Virus record (IMG/VR): IMGVR_UViG_3300025875_000072
Location: 1 to 34,695 of that record
Length of the DNA stretch: 34,695 nucleotides
Source of the DNA: a virus
Taxonomy: Duplodnaviria > Caudoviricetes
Reading direction: 5' to 3' (one strand)
Shown: piece after piece, positions 34,509 through 34,695 of the stretch
Numbering within the stretch: the stretch's first letter is position 1
Layout of the letters: the number at the start of each line of letters is the position of its first letter
Program-made: the position numbers and the translations under genes
Notes under the pieces: model-generated
Told to the model about the DNA's origin: nothing
Databases searched by the model: none
The model's input: only the letters and a program-made list of their open reading frames with translations

Positions 34509-34694
34509 TTAAGGGTTGGCCGCGCTCCACTCGTCGAGCAGCGTCTGCATCTCGGCGCGGATGCGCTCGCAGGCTTCTCGCTCGGCGCGGGCGGCGGCGT
34601 GTTCGGAGGCCGCCTCTTGGCGGAAGGTTTCGGTCTGAGAGCGCAGGGTCCGCGCTTCGGCCAGCAGGGCCTCTACAGAGCCCTTGAGGAGCCC
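34509..34694 (-). CDS. C-terminal end of a coiled-coil protein, partial
   Basis: ...EALLAEARTLRSQTETFRQEAASEHAAARAEREACERIRAEMQTLLDEWSAANP-stop. Confidence 0.6.
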   Translation of the reverse strand, partial: GLLKGSVEALLAEARTLRSQTETFRQEAASEHAAARAEREACERIRAEMQTLLDEWSAANP

Positions 34695-34695
34695 G

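Overview
The window is most of a GC-rich T7-like (Autographiviridae) podophage genome with all real genes on the minus strand. It is circularly permuted: the lysis/packaging end joins the early region through a repeat-rich non-coding block at ~25040-26300. Read in transcription order, it contains early genes (Cys-rich radical-SAM-like protein, Cys/His peptidase-like protein, MarR-type regulator, tyrosine integrase), a candidate intact attP, and the single-subunit RNA polymerase. These are followed by the replication genes (SSB, RusA, amidase, primase-helicase, DUF5664, DNA polymerase A, Nudix, exonuclease) with displaced spanins, then portal, scaffold, capsid and tail tubes. At the high-coordinate end are tail fibre, holin, TerS, an Ig/CBM-like plus glycoside-hydrolase cassette, TerL and a GH24 endolysin. 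It looks like a temperate T7-like phage of an alphaproteobacterium in its non-integrated form. The most interesting signals are cis-acting. (i) A strictly oriented TTCCGTTA motif is scattered genome-wide in a stoperator-like pattern. (ii) A second motif, GCACGAT, covers both host sigma70 promoters and forms a perfect 17-bp inverted pair 5.1 kb apart. (iii) The attP has a tRNA-Met-like core. (iv) There are five phage promoters, one of them antisense and one followed immediately by a terminator. (v) Endolysin, terminase and an HNH gene appear to use near-cognate ATC/CTG starts. (vi) There are two structured non-coding leaders. All family assignments are by eye from motifs and synteny; no searches were run.
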